DNA from: Leptogorgia sarmentosa
Taxonomy: Eukaryota
Assembly (NCBI GenBank): GCA_964658305.1
Contig: OZ210885.1
Location: 16,678,001-16,742,000 of the forward strand
Direction: 5' to 3'
Length of the DNA: 64,000 nucleotides
This document shows positions 8,325-22,406 of this stretch, one piece after another; positions within the stretch are counted from its first letter, which is position 1; each line of letters begins with the position of its first letter. Position numbers and translations under genes: made by a program. A model generated the notes under the pieces. That model did not search any database and was not told the DNA's origin. It saw only the letters and a program-made list of their open reading frames with translations.

Positions 8325-11300
8325 TAAATAGGTTTGCTTTCAATTTCAACTTCAGGGTTTTGTTATTGTTACACGTTGAAAAAGTGTAACTTCCATCAAC
8401 AAATGTCTACGACCATACCAGTAGGAAAATACCGGTTCTCGTCTGATCACCAAAGTTAAGCCTAGGTGGGCAAAGTTAGTAGTTGGATGGGTGACCACCT
8501 GGGAATATTTTGTGTTGTAGACTTGCTTCATTTTATTGTATGTCTGTTTGTAAATAGGTTTGCTTTCAATTTCAACTTCAGGGTTTTGTTATTGTTACAC
8601 GTTTAAAAAGTGTAACTTCCATCAACAAATGTCTACGACCATACCAGTGGGAAAATACCGGTTCTCGTCTGATCACCGAAGTTAAGCCTAGGTGGGCAAA
8701 GTTAGTAGTTGGATGGGTGACCACCTGGGAATACTTTGTGTTGTAGACTTGCTTCATTTTATTGTATGTGTGTTTGTAAATAGGTTTGCTTGGAATTTCA
8801 ACTTCAGGGTTTTTTATTGTTACACGTTTAAAAAGTGTAACTTCCATCAACAAATGTCTACGACCATACCAGTAGGAAAATACCGGTTCTCGTCTGATCA
8901 CCGAAGTTAAGCCTAGGTGGGCAAAGTTAGTAGTTGGATGGGTGACCACCTGGGAATACTTTGTGTTGTAGACTTGCTTCTTTTTATTGTATGTGTGCTT
9001 GTAAATAGGTTTGCTTTCAATTTCAACTTCAGGGTTTTGTTATTGTTACACGTTTAAAAAGTGTTACTTCCATCAACAAATGTCTACGACCATACCTGTA
9101 GGAAAATACCGGTTCTCGTCTGATGACCGAAGTTAAGCCTAGGTGGGCAAAGTTAGTACTTGGATGGGTGACTACCTGGGAATACTTTGTGTTGTAGACT
9201 TGCTTCATTTTATTGTATGTGTGTTTGTAAATATAATTCCTTTCAATTTCAACTTCAGGGTTTTGTTATTGTTACACGTTTAAAAAGTGTTACTTCCATC
9301 GGCAAATGTCTACGACCATACCAGTAGGAAAATACCGGTTCTCGTCTGATCACCGAATTTAAGCCTAGGTGGGGAAAGTTAGTACTTGGATGGGTGACCA
9401 CCTGGGAATACTTTTTTTTGTAGACTTGCTTCATTTTATTGTATGTGTGTTTGCAAATAGGTTTGCTTTCAATGTAAACTTCAGGGATTTTGTTATTGCT
9501 ACATCTGGAAATACTTTGTATTGTTGTGTTGCTAAATGTTATTTAATGCCTATTTGTAAATATAATTCCTTTCAATTTCAACTTCAGGGTTTTGTTATTG
9601 TTACACGTTTAAAAAGTGTAACTTCCATCAACAAATGTCTACGACCGTACGAGTAGGAACATACCGGTTCTCGTCTGATCACCGAAGTTAAGCCTACGTG
9701 GGCAACGTTAGTACTTGGATGGGTGACTACCTGGGAATAATTTGTGTTGTAGACTTGCTTCATTTTATTGTATGTGTGTTTGTAAATAGGTTTGCTTTCA
9801 ATTTCAACTTCAGGGTTTTGTTATTGTTACACGTTTAAAAAGTGTTACTTCCATCAACAAATGTCTACGACCATACCAGTAGGAAAATACCGGTTCTCGT
9901 CTGATCACCGAAGTTCAGCCTAGGTGGGCACAGTTAGTACTTGTATGGGTGAGTACCTGGGAATACTTTGTGTTGTAGACTTGCTTCATTTTATTGTATG
10001 TGTGTTTGTAAATAGGTTTGCTTTCAATTGCAACTTCAGGGTTTTGTTATTGTTACACGTTTAAAAAGTGTAACTTCCATCAACAAATGTCTACGACCAT
10101 ACCAGTAGGAAAATACCGGTTCTCGTTTGATCACTGAAGTTAAGCCTACGTGGGCAAAGTTAGTACTTGGATGGGTGACTACCTGGGAATACTTTCTGTT
10201 GTAGACTTGCTTCATTTTATTGTATGTGTGTTTGTAAATATAATTCCTTTCAATTTCAACTTCAGGGTTTTTTTATTGTTACACGTTTAAAAAGTGTAAC
10301 TTCCATCAACAATTGTCTACGACCATACCAGTAGGAAAATACCGGTTCTCGTCTGATCACCGAAGTTAAGCCTAGGTGGGCAAAGTTAGTACTTGGATGG
10401 GTGACTACCTGGGAATACTTTGTGTTGTAGACTTGCTTCATTTTATTGTATGTGTGTTTGTAAATAGGTTTGCTTTCAATTTCAACTTCAGAGTTTTGTT
10501 ATTGTTACACGTTTAAAAAGTGTTACTTCCATCAACAAATGTCTACGACCATACCAGTAGGAAAATACCGGTTCTCGTCTGATCACCGAAGTTCAGCCTA
10601 GGTGGGCACAGTTAGTACTTGTATGGGTGACTACCTGGGAATACTTTGTGTTGTAGACTTGCTTCATTTTATTGTATGTGTGTTTGTAAATAGGTTTGCT
10701 TTCAATTTCAACTTCAGGGTTTTGTTATTGTTACACGTTTAAAAAGTGTAACTTCCATCAACAAATGTCTACGACCATACCAGTAGGAAAATACCGGTTC
10801 TCGTCTGATCACCGAAGTTAAGCCTAGGTGGGCAAAGTTAGTAGTTGGATGGGTGACCACCTGGGAATACTTTGTGTTGTAGACTTGCTTCTTTTTATTG
10901 TATGTGTGCTTGTAAATAGGTTTGCTTTCAATTTCAACTTCAGGGTTTTGTTATTGTTACACGTTTAAAAAGTGTTACTTCCATCAACAAATGTCTACGA
11001 CCATACCTGTAGGAAAATACCGGTTCTCGTCTGATGACCGAAGTTAAGCCTAGGTGGGCAAAGTTAGTACTTGGATGGGTGACTACCTGGGAATACTTTG
11101 TGTTGTAGACTTGCTTCATTTTATTGTATGTTTGTTTGTAAATATAATTCCTTTCAATTTCAACTTCAGGGTTTTGTTATTGTTACACGTTTAAAAAGTG
11201 TAACTTCCATCAACAAATGTCTACGACCATACCAGTAGGAAAATACCGGTTCTCGTCTGATCACCGAAGTTAAGCCTAGGTGGGCAAAGTTAGTACTTGG

Positions 11301-14300
11301 ATGGGTGACCACCTGGGAATACTTTGTGTTGTAGACTTGCTTCATTTTATTGTATGTGTGTTTGTAAATAGGTTTGCTTTCAATTTCAACTTCAGGGTTT
11401 TGTTATTGTTACACGTTTAAAAAGTGTAACTTCCATCAACAAATGTCTACGACCATACCAGTAGGAAAATACCGGTTCTCGTCTGATCACCGAAGTTAAG
11501 CCTAGGTGGGCAAAGTTAGTACTTGGATGGGTGACCACCTGGGAATACTTTGTGTTGTAGACTTGCTTCATTTTATTGTATGTGTGTTTGTAAATAGGTT
11601 TGCTTTCAATTTCAACTTCAGGGTTTTGTTATTATTACACGTTGAAAAAGTGTAACTTCCATCAACAAATGTCTACGACCATACCAGTAGGAAAATACCG
11701 GTTCTCGTCTGATCACCAAAGTTAAGCCTAGGTGGGCAAAGTTAGTAGTTGGATGGGTGACCACCTGGGAATATTTTGTGTTGTAGACTTGCTTCATTTT
11801 ATTGTATGTCTGTTTGTAAATAGGTTTGCTTTCAATTTCAACTTCAGGGTTTTGTTATTGTTACACGTTCAAAAAGTGTAACTTCCATCAACAAATGTCT
11901 ACAACCATACCAGTGGGAAAATACCGGTTCTCGTCTGATCACCGAAGTTAAGCCTAGGTGGGCAAAGTTAGTAGTTGGATGGGTGACCACCTGGGAATAC
12001 TTTGTGTTGTAGACTTGCTTCATTTTATTGTATGTGTGTTTGTAAATAGGTTTGCTTGGAATTTCAACTTCAGGGTTTTGTTATTGTTACACGTTTAAAA
12101 AGTGTAACTTCCATCAACAAATGTCTACGACCATACCAGTAGGAAAATACCGGTTCTCGTCTGATCACCGAAGTTAAGCCTAGGTGGGCAAAGTTAGTAG
12201 TTGGATGGGTGACCACCTGGGAATACTTTGTGTTGTAGACTTGCTTCTTTTTATTGTATGTGTGCTTGTAAATAGGTTTGCTTTCAATTTCAACTTCAGG
12301 GTTTTGTTATTGTTACACGTTGAAAAAGTGTAACTTCCATCAACAAATGTCTACGACCATACCAGTAGGAAAATACCGGTTCTCGTCCGATCACCAAAGT
12401 TAAGCCTAGGTGGGCAAAGTTAGTAGTTGGATGGGTGACCACCTGGGAATATTTTGTGTTGTAGACTTGCTTCATTTTATTGTATGTCTGTTTGTAAATA
12501 GGTTTGCTTTCAATTTCAACTTCAGGGTTTTGTTATTGTTACACGTTTAAAAAGTGTAACTTCCATCAACAAATGTCTACGACCATACCAGTGGGAAAAT
12601 ACCGGTTCTCGTCTGATCACCGAAGTTAAGCCTAGGTGGGCAAAGTTAGTAGTTGGATGGGTGACCACCTGGGAATACTTTGTGTTGTAGACTTGCTTCA
12701 TTTTATTGTATGTGTGTTTGTAAATAGGTTTGCTTGGAATTTCAACTTCAGGGTTTTTTATTGTTACACGTTTAAAAAGTGTAACTTCCATCAACAAATG
12801 TCTACGACCATACCAGTAGGAAAATACCGGTTCTCGTCTGATCACCGAAGTTAAGCCTAGGTGGGCAAAGTTAGTAGTTGGATGGGTGACCACCTGGGAA
12901 TACTTTGTGTTGTAGACTTGCTTCTTTTTATTGTATGTGTGCTTGTAAATAGGTTTGCTTTCAATTTCAACTTCAGGGTTTTGTTATTGTTACACGTTTA
13001 AAAAGTGTTACTTCCATCAACAAATGTCTACGACCATACCTGTAGGAAAATACCGGTTCTCGTCTGATGACCGAAGTTAAGCCTAGGTGGGCAAAGTTAG
13101 TACTTGGATGGGTGACTACCTGGGAATACTTTGTGTTGTAGACTTGCTTCATTTTATTGTATGTGTGTTTGTAAATATAATTCCTTTCAATTTCAACTTC
13201 AGGGTTTTGTTATTGTTACACGTTTAAAAAGTGTTACTTCCATCGGCAAATGTCTACGACCATACCAGTAGGAAAATACCGGTTCTCGTCTGATCACCGA
13301 AGTTAAGCCTAGGTGGGGAAAGTTAGTACTTGGATGGGTGACCACCTGGGAATACTTTTTTTTGTAGACTTGCTTCATTTTATTGTATGTGTGTTTGCAA
13401 ATAGGTTTGCTTTCAATGTAAACTTCAGGGATTTTGTTATTGCTACATCTGGAAATACTTTGTATTGTTGTGTTGCTAAATGTTATTTAATGCCTATTTG
13501 TAAATATAATTCCTTTCAATTTCAACTTCAGGGTTTTGTTATTGTTACACGTTTAAAAAGTGTAACTTCCATCAACAAATGTCTACGACCGTACGAGTAG
13601 GAACATACCGGTTCTCGTCTGATCACCGAAGTTAAGCCTACGTGGGCAACGTTAGTACTTGGATGGGTGACTACCTGGGAATAATTTGTGTTGTAGACTT
13701 GCTTCATTTTATTGTATGTGTGTTTGTAAATAGGTTTGCTTTCAATTTCAACTTCAGGGTTTTGTTATTGTTACACGTTTAAAAAGTGTTACTTCCATCA
13801 ACAAATGTCTACGACCATACCAGTAGGAAAATACCGGTTCTCGTCTGATCACCGAAGTTCAGCCTAGGTGGGCACAGTTAGTACTTGTATGGGTGACTAC
13901 CTGGGAATACTTTGTGTTGTAGACTTGCTTCATTTTATTGTATGTGTGTTTGTAAATAGGTTTGCTTTCAATTGCAACTTCAGGGTTTTGTTATTGTTAC
14001 ACGTTTAAAAAGTGTAACTTCCATCAACAAATGTCTACGACCATACCAGTAGGAAAATACCGGTTCTCGTTTGATCACTGAAGTTAAGCCTACGTGGGCA
14101 AAGTTAGTACTTGGATGGGTGACTACCTGGGAATACTTTCTGTTGTAGACTTGCTTCATTTTATTGTATGTGTGTTTGTAAATATAATTCCTTTCAATTT
14201 CAACTTCAGGGTTTTTTTATTGTTACACGTTTAAAAAGTGTAACTTCCATCAACAATTGTCTACGACCATACCAGTAGGAAAATACCGGTTCTCGTCTGA

Positions 14301-16570
14301 TCACCGAAGTTAAGCCTAGGTGGGCAAAGTTAGTACTTGGATGGGTGACTACCTGGGAATACTTTGTGTTGTAGACTTGCTTCATTTTATTGTATGTGTG
14401 TTTGTAAATAGGTTTGCTTTCAATTTCAACTTCAGAGTTTTGTTATTGTTACACGTTTAAAAAGTGTTACTTCCATCAACAAATGTCTACGACCATACCA
14501 GTAGGAAAATACCGGTTCTCGTCTGATCACCGAAGTTCAGCCTAGGTGGGCACAGTTAGTACTTGTATGGGTGACTACCTGGGAATACTTTGTGTTGTAG
14601 ACTTGCTTCATTTTATTGTATGTGTGTTTGTAAATAGGTTTGCTTTCAATTTCAACTTCAGGGTTTTGTTATTGTTACACGTTTAAAAAGTGTAACTTCC
14701 ATCAACAAATGTCTACGACCATACCAGTAGGAAAATACCGGTTCTCGTCTGATCACCGAAGTTAAGCCTAGGTGGGCAAAGTTAGTAGTTGGATGGGTGA
14801 CCACCTGGGAATACTTTGTGTTGTAGACTTGCTTCTTTTTATTGTATGTGTGCTTGTAAATAGGTTTGCTTTCAATTTCAACTTCAGGGTTTTGTTATTG
14901 TTACACGTTTAAAAAGTGTTACTTCCATCAACAAATGTCTACGACCATACCTGTAGGAAAATACCGGTTCTCGTCTGATGACCGAAGTTAAGCCTAGGTG
15001 GGCAAAGTTAGTACTTGGATGGGTGACTACCTGGGAATACTTTGTGTTGTAGACTTGCTTCATTTTATTGTATGTGTGTTTGTAAATATAATTCCTTTCA
15101 ATTTCAACTACAGGGTTTTGTTATTGTTACACGTTTAAAAAGTGTAACTTCCATCAACAAATGTCTACGACCATACCAGTAGGAAAATACCGGTTCTCGT
15201 CTGATCACCGAAGTTAAGCCTAGGTGGGCAAAGTTAGTACTTGGATGGGTGACCACCTGGGAATACTTTGTGTTGTAGACTTGCTTCATTTTATTGTATG
15301 TGTGTTTCTAAATAGGTTTGCTTTCAATGTAAACTTCAGGGATTTTGTTATTGCTACATCTGGAAATACTTTGTATTGTTGTTTTGCTAAATGTTATCTA
15401 ATGCCTATTTGTAAATATAATTCCTTTCAATTTCAACTTCAGGGTTTTGTTATTGTTACACGTTTAAAAAGTGTTACTTCCATCAACAAATGTCTACGAC
15501 CGTACGAGTAGGAAAATACCGGTTCTCGTCTGATCACCGAAGTTAAGCCTAGGTGGGCAAAGTTAGTAGTTGGATGGGTGACCACCTGGTAATACTTTGT
15601 GTTGTAGACTTGCTTCATTTTATTGTATGTGTGTTTGTAAATAGGTTTGCTTTCAATTTCAACTTCAGGGTTTTGTTATTGTTACACGTTTAAAAAGTGT
15701 AACTTCCATCAACAAATGTCTACGACCATACCAGTAGGAAAATACCGGTTCTCGTCTGATCACCGAAGTTAAGCCTAGGTGGGCAAAGTTAGTACTTGGA
15801 TGGGTGACCACCTGGGAATACTTTGTGTTGTAGACTTGCTTCATTTTATTGTATGTGTGTTTGTAAATAGGTTTGCTTTCAATTTCAACTTCAGGGTTTT
15901 GTTATTATTACACGTTGAAAAAGTGTAACTTCCATCAACAAATGTCTACGACCATACCAGTAGGAAAATACCGGTTCTCGTCTGATCACCAAAGTTAAGC
16001 CTAGGTGGGCAAAGTTAGTAGTTGGATGGGTGACCACCTGGGAATATTTTGTGTTGTAGACTTGCTTCATTTTATTGTATGTCTGTTTGTAAATAGGTTT
16101 GCTTTCAATTTCAACTTCAGGGTTTTGTTATTGTTACACGTTCAAAAAGTGTAACTTCCATCAACAAATGTCTACAACCATACCAGTGGGAAAATACCGG
16201 TTCTCGTCTGATCACCGAAGTTAAGCCTAGGTGGGCAAAGTTAGTAGTTGGATGGGTGACCACCTGGGAATACTTTGTGTTGTAGACTTGCTTCATTTTA
16301 TTGTATGTGTGTTTGTAAATAGGTTTGCTTGGAATTTCAACTTCAGGGTTTTGTTATTGTTACACGTTTAAAAAGTGTAACTTCCATCAACAAATGTCTA
16401 CGACCATACCAGTAGGAAAATACCGGTTCTCGTCTGATCACCGAAGTTAAGCCTAGGTGGGCAAAGTTAGTAGTTGGATGGGTGACCACCTGGGAATACT
16501 TTGTGTTGTAGACTTGCTTCTTTTTATTGTATGTGTGCTTGTAAATAGGTTTGCTTTCAATTTCAACTTC
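8325..16570 (+). repeat. 3,944-bp higher-order duplication nested in the 15.8-kb block (repeated at about 24150-32390)
   Basis: ORF offsets 8578/12522 and 9369/13313; 3944 = 16x226 + 329 - 1. The offset shifts to 4273 after an extra long unit at 15163. Confidence 0.85.
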
Positions 16571-17072
16571 AGGGTTTTGTTATTGTTACACGTTTAAAAA
16601 GTGTTACTTCCATCAACAAATGTCTACGACCATACCTGTAGGAAAATACCGGTTCTCGTCTGATGACCGAAGTTAAGCCTAGGTGGGCAAAGTTAGTACT
16701 TGGATGGGTGACTACCTGGGAATACTTTGTGTTGTAGACTTGCTTCATTTTATTGTATGTGTGTTTGTAAATATAATTCCTTTCAATTTCAACTTCAGGG
16801 TTTTGTTATTGTTACACGTTTAAAAAGTGTTACTTCCATCGGCAAATGTCTACGACCATACCAGTAGGAAAATACCGGTTCTCGTCTGATCACCGAAGTT
16901 AAGCCTAGGTGGGCAAGTTAGTACTTGGATGGGTGACCACCTGGGAATACTTTGTGTTGTAGACTTGCTTCATTTTATTGTATGTGTGTTTGTAAATAGG
17001 TTTGCTTTCAATTTCAACTTCAGGGATTTGTTATTGTTACACGTTTAAAAAGTGTTACTTCCATGAACAAAT

Positions 17073-18634
17073 GTCTACGACCATACCAGTAGGAAAATAC
17101 CGGTTCTCGTCTGATCACCGAAGTTAAGCCTAGGTGGGGAAAGTTAGTACTTGGATGGGTGACCACCTGGGAATACTTTTTTTTGTAGACTTGCTTCATT
17201 TTATTGTATGTGTGTTTGCAAATAGGTTTGCTTTCAATGTAAACTTCAGGGATTTTGTTATTGCTACATCTGGAAATACTTTGTATTGTTGTTTTGCTAA
17301 ATGTTATTTAATGCCTATTTGTAAATATACTTCCTTTCAATTTCAACTTCGGGGTTTTGTTATTGTTACACGATTAAAAAGTGTAACTTCCATCAACAAA
17401 TGTGTACGACCGTACGAGTAGGAAAATACCGGTTCTCGTCTGATCACCGAAGTTAAGCCTAGGTGGGCACAGTTAGTAGTTGGATGGGTGACCACCTGGG
17501 AATACTTTGTGTTGTAGACTTGCTTCATTTTATTGTATGTGTGTTTGTAAATAGGTTTGCTTTCAATTTCAACTTCAGGGATTTGTTATTGTTACACGTT
17601 TTAAAAGTGTAACTTCCATCAGCAAATGTCTACGACCATACCAGTAGGAAAATACCGGTTCTCGTCTGATCACCGAAGTTAAGCCTAGGTGGGCAAAGTT
17701 AGTACTTGGATGGGTGACCACCTGGGAATACTTTGTGTTGTAGACTTGCTTCATTTTATTGTATGTGTGTTTGTAAATAGGTTTGCTTTCAATTTCATCT
17801 TCAGGGTTTTGTTATTGTTACACGTTTAAAAAGTGTTACTTCCATCAACAAATGTCTACGACCATACCAGTAGGAAAATACCGGTTCTCGTCTGATCACC
17901 GAAGTTAAGCCTAGGTGGGGAAAGTTAGTACTTGGATGGGTGACCACCTGGGAATACTTTTTTTTGTAGACTTGCTTCATTTTATTGTATGTGTGTTTGC
18001 AAATAGGTTTGCTTTCAATGTAAACTTCAGGGATTTTGTTATTGCTACATCTGGAAATACTTTGTATTGTTGTTTTGCTAAATGTTATTTAATGCCTATT
18101 TGTAAATATACTTCCTTTCAATTTCAACTTCGGGGTTTTGTTATTGTTACACGATTAAAAAGTGTAACTTCCATCAACAAATGTGTACGACCGTACGAGT
18201 AGGAAAATACCGGTTCTCGTCTGATCACCGAAGTTAAGCCTAGGTGGGCACAGTTAGTAGTTGGATGGGTGACCACCTGGGAATACTTTGTGTTGTAGAC
18301 TTGCTTCATTTTATTGTATGTGTGTTTGTAAATAGGTTTGCTTTCAATTTCAACTTCAGGGATTTGTTATTGTTACACGTTTTAAAAGTGTAACTTCCAT
18401 CAGCAAATGTCTACGACCATACCAGTAGGAAAATACCGGTTCTCGTCTGATCACCGAAGTTAAGCCTAGGTGGGCAAAGTTAGTACTTGGATGGGTGACC
18501 ACCTGGGAATACTTTGTGTTGTAGACTTGCTTCATTTTATTGTATGTGTGTTTGTAAATAGGTTTGCTTTCAATTTCATCTTCAGGGTTTTGTTATTGTT
18601 ACACGTTTAAAAAGTGTTACTTCCATCAACAAAT
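17073..18634 (+). repeat. 781-bp (three-unit) tandem duplication (repeated at 32895-34456)
   Basis: ORFs 17134/17915; 781 = 329 + 2x226; shared variants CAGGGATTTG, CATCAGC and TTCATCTTC. Confidence 0.9.
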
Positions 18635-21345
18635 GTCTACGACCATACCAGTAGGAAAATACCGGTTCTCGTCTGATCACCGAAGTTAAGCCTAGGTGGG
18701 CAAAGTTAGTACTTGGATGGGTGACTACCTGGGAATACTTTGTGTTGTAGACTTGCTTCATTTTATTGTATGTGTGTTTGTAAATATAATTCCTTTCAAT
18801 TTCAACTTCAGGGTTTTGTTATTGTTACACGTTTAAAAAGTGTAACTTCCATCAACAATTGTCTACGACCATACCAGTAGGAAAATACCGGTTCTCGTCT
18901 GATCACAGAAGTTAAGCCTAGGTGGGCAAGGTTAGTAGTTGGATGGGTGACCACCTGGGAATATTTTGTGTTGTACACTTGCTTCATTTTATTGTATGTG
19001 TGTTTCTAAATAGGTTTGCTTTCAATTTCAACTTCAGGGTTTTCTTATTGTTACACGTTTAAAAAGTGTAACTTCCATCAACAAATGTCTACGACCATAC
19101 CAGTAGCAAAATACCGGTTCTCGTCTGATCACCGAAGTTAACCCTAGGTGGGCAAAGTTAGTAGTTGGATGGGTGACCACCTGGGAATACTTTGTGTTGT
19201 AGACTTGCTTCATTTTATTGTATGTGTGTTTGTAAATAGGTTTGCTTGGAATTTCAACTTCAGGGTTTTGTTATTGTTACACGTTTAAAAAGTGTAACTT
19301 CCATCAACAGATGTCTACGACCATACCTGTAGGAAAATACCGGTTCTCCTCTGATCACCGAAGTTAAGCCTAGGTGGGAAAAGTTAGTAGTTGTATGGGT
19401 GACCACCTGGGAGTACTTTGTGTTGTAGACTTGCTTCATTTTATTGTATGTGTGTTTGTAAATAGGTTTGCTTTCAATTTCAACTTCAGGATTTTTTTAT
19501 TGTTACACGTTAAAAAAGTGTAACTTCCATCAACAAATGTCTACCACCATACCAGTAGGAAAATACCGGTTCTCGTCTGATCACCGAAGTTAAGCCTAGG
19601 TGGGCAAAGTTAGTACTTGGATGGGTGACCACCTGGGAATATTTTGTGTTGTAGACTTGCTTCATTTTATTGTATGTGTGTTTGTAAATAGGTTTGCTTT
19701 CAATTTCAACTTGAGGGTTTTCTTATTGTTACATGTTCAAAAAGTGTAACTTCCATCAACAAATGTCTACGACCATACCAGCAGGAAAATACCGGTTCTC
19801 GTCTGATCACCGAAGTTAAGCCTAGGTGGGCAAGTTAGTACTTGGATGGGTGACCACCTGGGAATACTTTGTTTTGTAGACTTGCTTCATTTTATTGTAT
19901 GTGTGTTTGTAAATAGGTTTGCTTTCAATTTCAACTTTAGGGTTTTGTTATTGTTACACGTTTAAAAAGTGTAACTTCCATCAACAAATGTCTACGACCA
20001 TACCAGTAGGAAAATACCGGTTCTCGTCTGATCACCGAAGTTAACCCTAGGTGGGCAAAGTTAGTAGTTGGATGGGTGACCACCTGGGAATACTTTGTGT
20101 TGTAGACTTGCTTCATTTTATTGTATGTGTGTTTGTAAATAGGTTTGCTTGGAATTTCAACTTCAGGGTTTTGTTATTGTTACACGTTTAAAAAGTGTAA
20201 CTTCCATCAACAGATGTCTACGACCATACCTGTAGGAAAATACCGGTTCTCCTCTGATCACCGAAGTTAAGCCTAGGTGGGAAAAGTTAGTAGTTGTATG
20301 GGTGACCACCTGGGAATACTTTGTGTTGTCGACTTGCTTCATTTTATTGTATGTGTGTTTGTAAATAGGTTTGCTTTCAATTTCAACTTCAGGGTTTTGT
20401 TATTGTTACACGTTTAAAAAGTGTTACTTCCATCAACAAATGTCTACGACCATACTAGTAGGAAAATACCGGTCCTCGTCTGATCACCGAAGTTAAGCCT
20501 AGGTGGGCAAGGTTAGTAGTTGGATGGGTGACCACCTGGGAATATTTTGTGTTGTACACTTGCTTCATTTTATTGTATGTGTGTTTCTAAATAGGTTTGC
20601 TTTCAATTTCAACTTCAGGGTTTTGTTATTGTTACACGTTTAAAAAGTGTTACTTCCATCAACAAATGTCTACGACCATACCTGTAGGAAAATACCGGTT
20701 CTCGTCTGATCACCGAAGTTAAGCCTAGGTGGGAAAAGTTAGTAGTTGTATGGATGACCACCTGGGAATACTTTGTGTTGTAGACTTGCTTCATTTTATT
20801 GTATGTGTGTTTGTAAATAGGTTTGCTTTCAATTTCAACTTCAGGGTTTTGTTATTGTTACACGTTTAAAAAGTGTTACTTCCATCAACAAATGTCTACG
20901 ACCATACCTGTAGGAAAATACCGGTTCTCGTCTGATCACCGAAGTGAAGCCTAGATGGGCAAAGTTAGTAGTTGTATGGGTGACCACCTGGGAATACTTT
21001 GTGTTGTAGACTTGCTTCATTTTATTGTATGTGTGTTTGTAAATAGGTTTGCTTTCAATTTCAACTTCAGGGTTTTGTTATTGTTACACGTTTAAAAAGT
21101 GTTACTTCCATCAACAAATGTCTACGACCATACCAGTAGGAAAATACCGGTTCTCGTCTGATCACCGAAATTAAGCCTAGGTGGGCAAGGTTAGTAGTTG
21201 GATGGGTGACCCCCTGGGAATATTTTGTGTTGTACACTTGCTTCATTTTATTGTATGTGTGTTTCTAAATAGGTTTGCTTTCAATTTCAACTTCAGGGTT
21301 TTGTTATTGTTACACGTTTAAAAAGTGTTACTTCCATCAACAAAT

Positions 21346-21465
21346 GTCTACGACCATACAAGTAGGAAAATACCGGTTCTCGTCTGATCACCGAAGTAAA
21401 GAATAGGTGGGCAATGTTAGTACTTGGATGGGTGACTACCTGGGAATACTTTGTGTTGTAGACTT
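21346..21465 (+). pseudogene. Heavily mutated 5S copy (duplicate starts at 37168)
   Basis: C15A, T53A, C57A, C58A, A70T and C92T. Box A reads AGTAAAGAATAGG, helix II is broken, and the downstream T4 is changed to TTTC. Confidence 0.75.
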
Positions 21466-22352
21466 GCTTCATTTCATTGTATGTGTGTTTGTAAATAGGT
21501 TTGCTTTCAATTTCAACTTCAGGGTTTTGTTATTGTTACACGTTTAAAAAGTGTAACTTCCATCAAAGAATGTCTACGACCATACCAGTAGGAAAATGCC
21601 GGGTCTCGTCTGATCACCGAAGTTTAGCCTAGGTGGGAAAAGTTAGTACTTGGATGGGTGACCACCTGGGAATACTTTGTGTTGTAGACTTGCTTCATTT
21701 TATTGTATGTGTGTTTGTAAATAGGTTTGCTTTCAATTTCAACTTCAGGGTTTTGTTATTGTTACATGTTTAAAAAGTGTAACTTCCATCAACAAATGTC
21801 TACGACCATACCAGCAGGAAAATACCGGTTCTCATCTGATCACCGAAGTTAAGCCTAGGTGGGCAAAGTTAGTACTTGGATGGGTGACCACCTGGGAATA
21901 CTTTGTGTTGTAGACTTGCTTCATTTTATTGTATGTGTGTTTGTAAATAGGTTTGCTTTCAATGTAAACTTCAGGGATTTTGTTTTTGCTACATCTGGAA
22001 ATACTTTGTATTGTTGTTTTGCTAAATGTTATTTAATGCCTATTTGTAAATATAATTCCTTTCAATTTCAACTTCAGGGTTTTGTTATTGTTACACGTTT
22101 AAAAAGTGTTACTTCCATCAACAAATGTCTACGACCGTACGAGTAGGAAAATACCGGTTCTCGTCTGATCACCGAAGTTAAGCCTAGGTGGGCAAAGTTA
22201 GTAGTTGGATGGGTGACCACTTGGGAATACTTTGTGTTGTAGAGTTGCTTCATTTTATTGTATGTGTGTTTGTAAATAGGTTTGCTTTCAATTTCAACTT
22301 CAGGGTTTTTTTATTGTTACACGTTTAAAAAGTGTAACTTCCATCAACAAAT

Positions 22353-22406
22353 GTGTACGACCGTACGAGTAGGAAAATACCGGTTCTCGTCTGATCACCG
22401 AAGTTA
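22353..22406 (+). pseudogene. Truncated 5S (nt 1-54) fused to the long-spacer relic; 189-bp unit
   Basis: ...CACCGAAGTTA|CATCTGGAAATAC...; the next gene starts at 22542, so 140 bp of a 329-bp unit are deleted. Confidence 0.92.
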
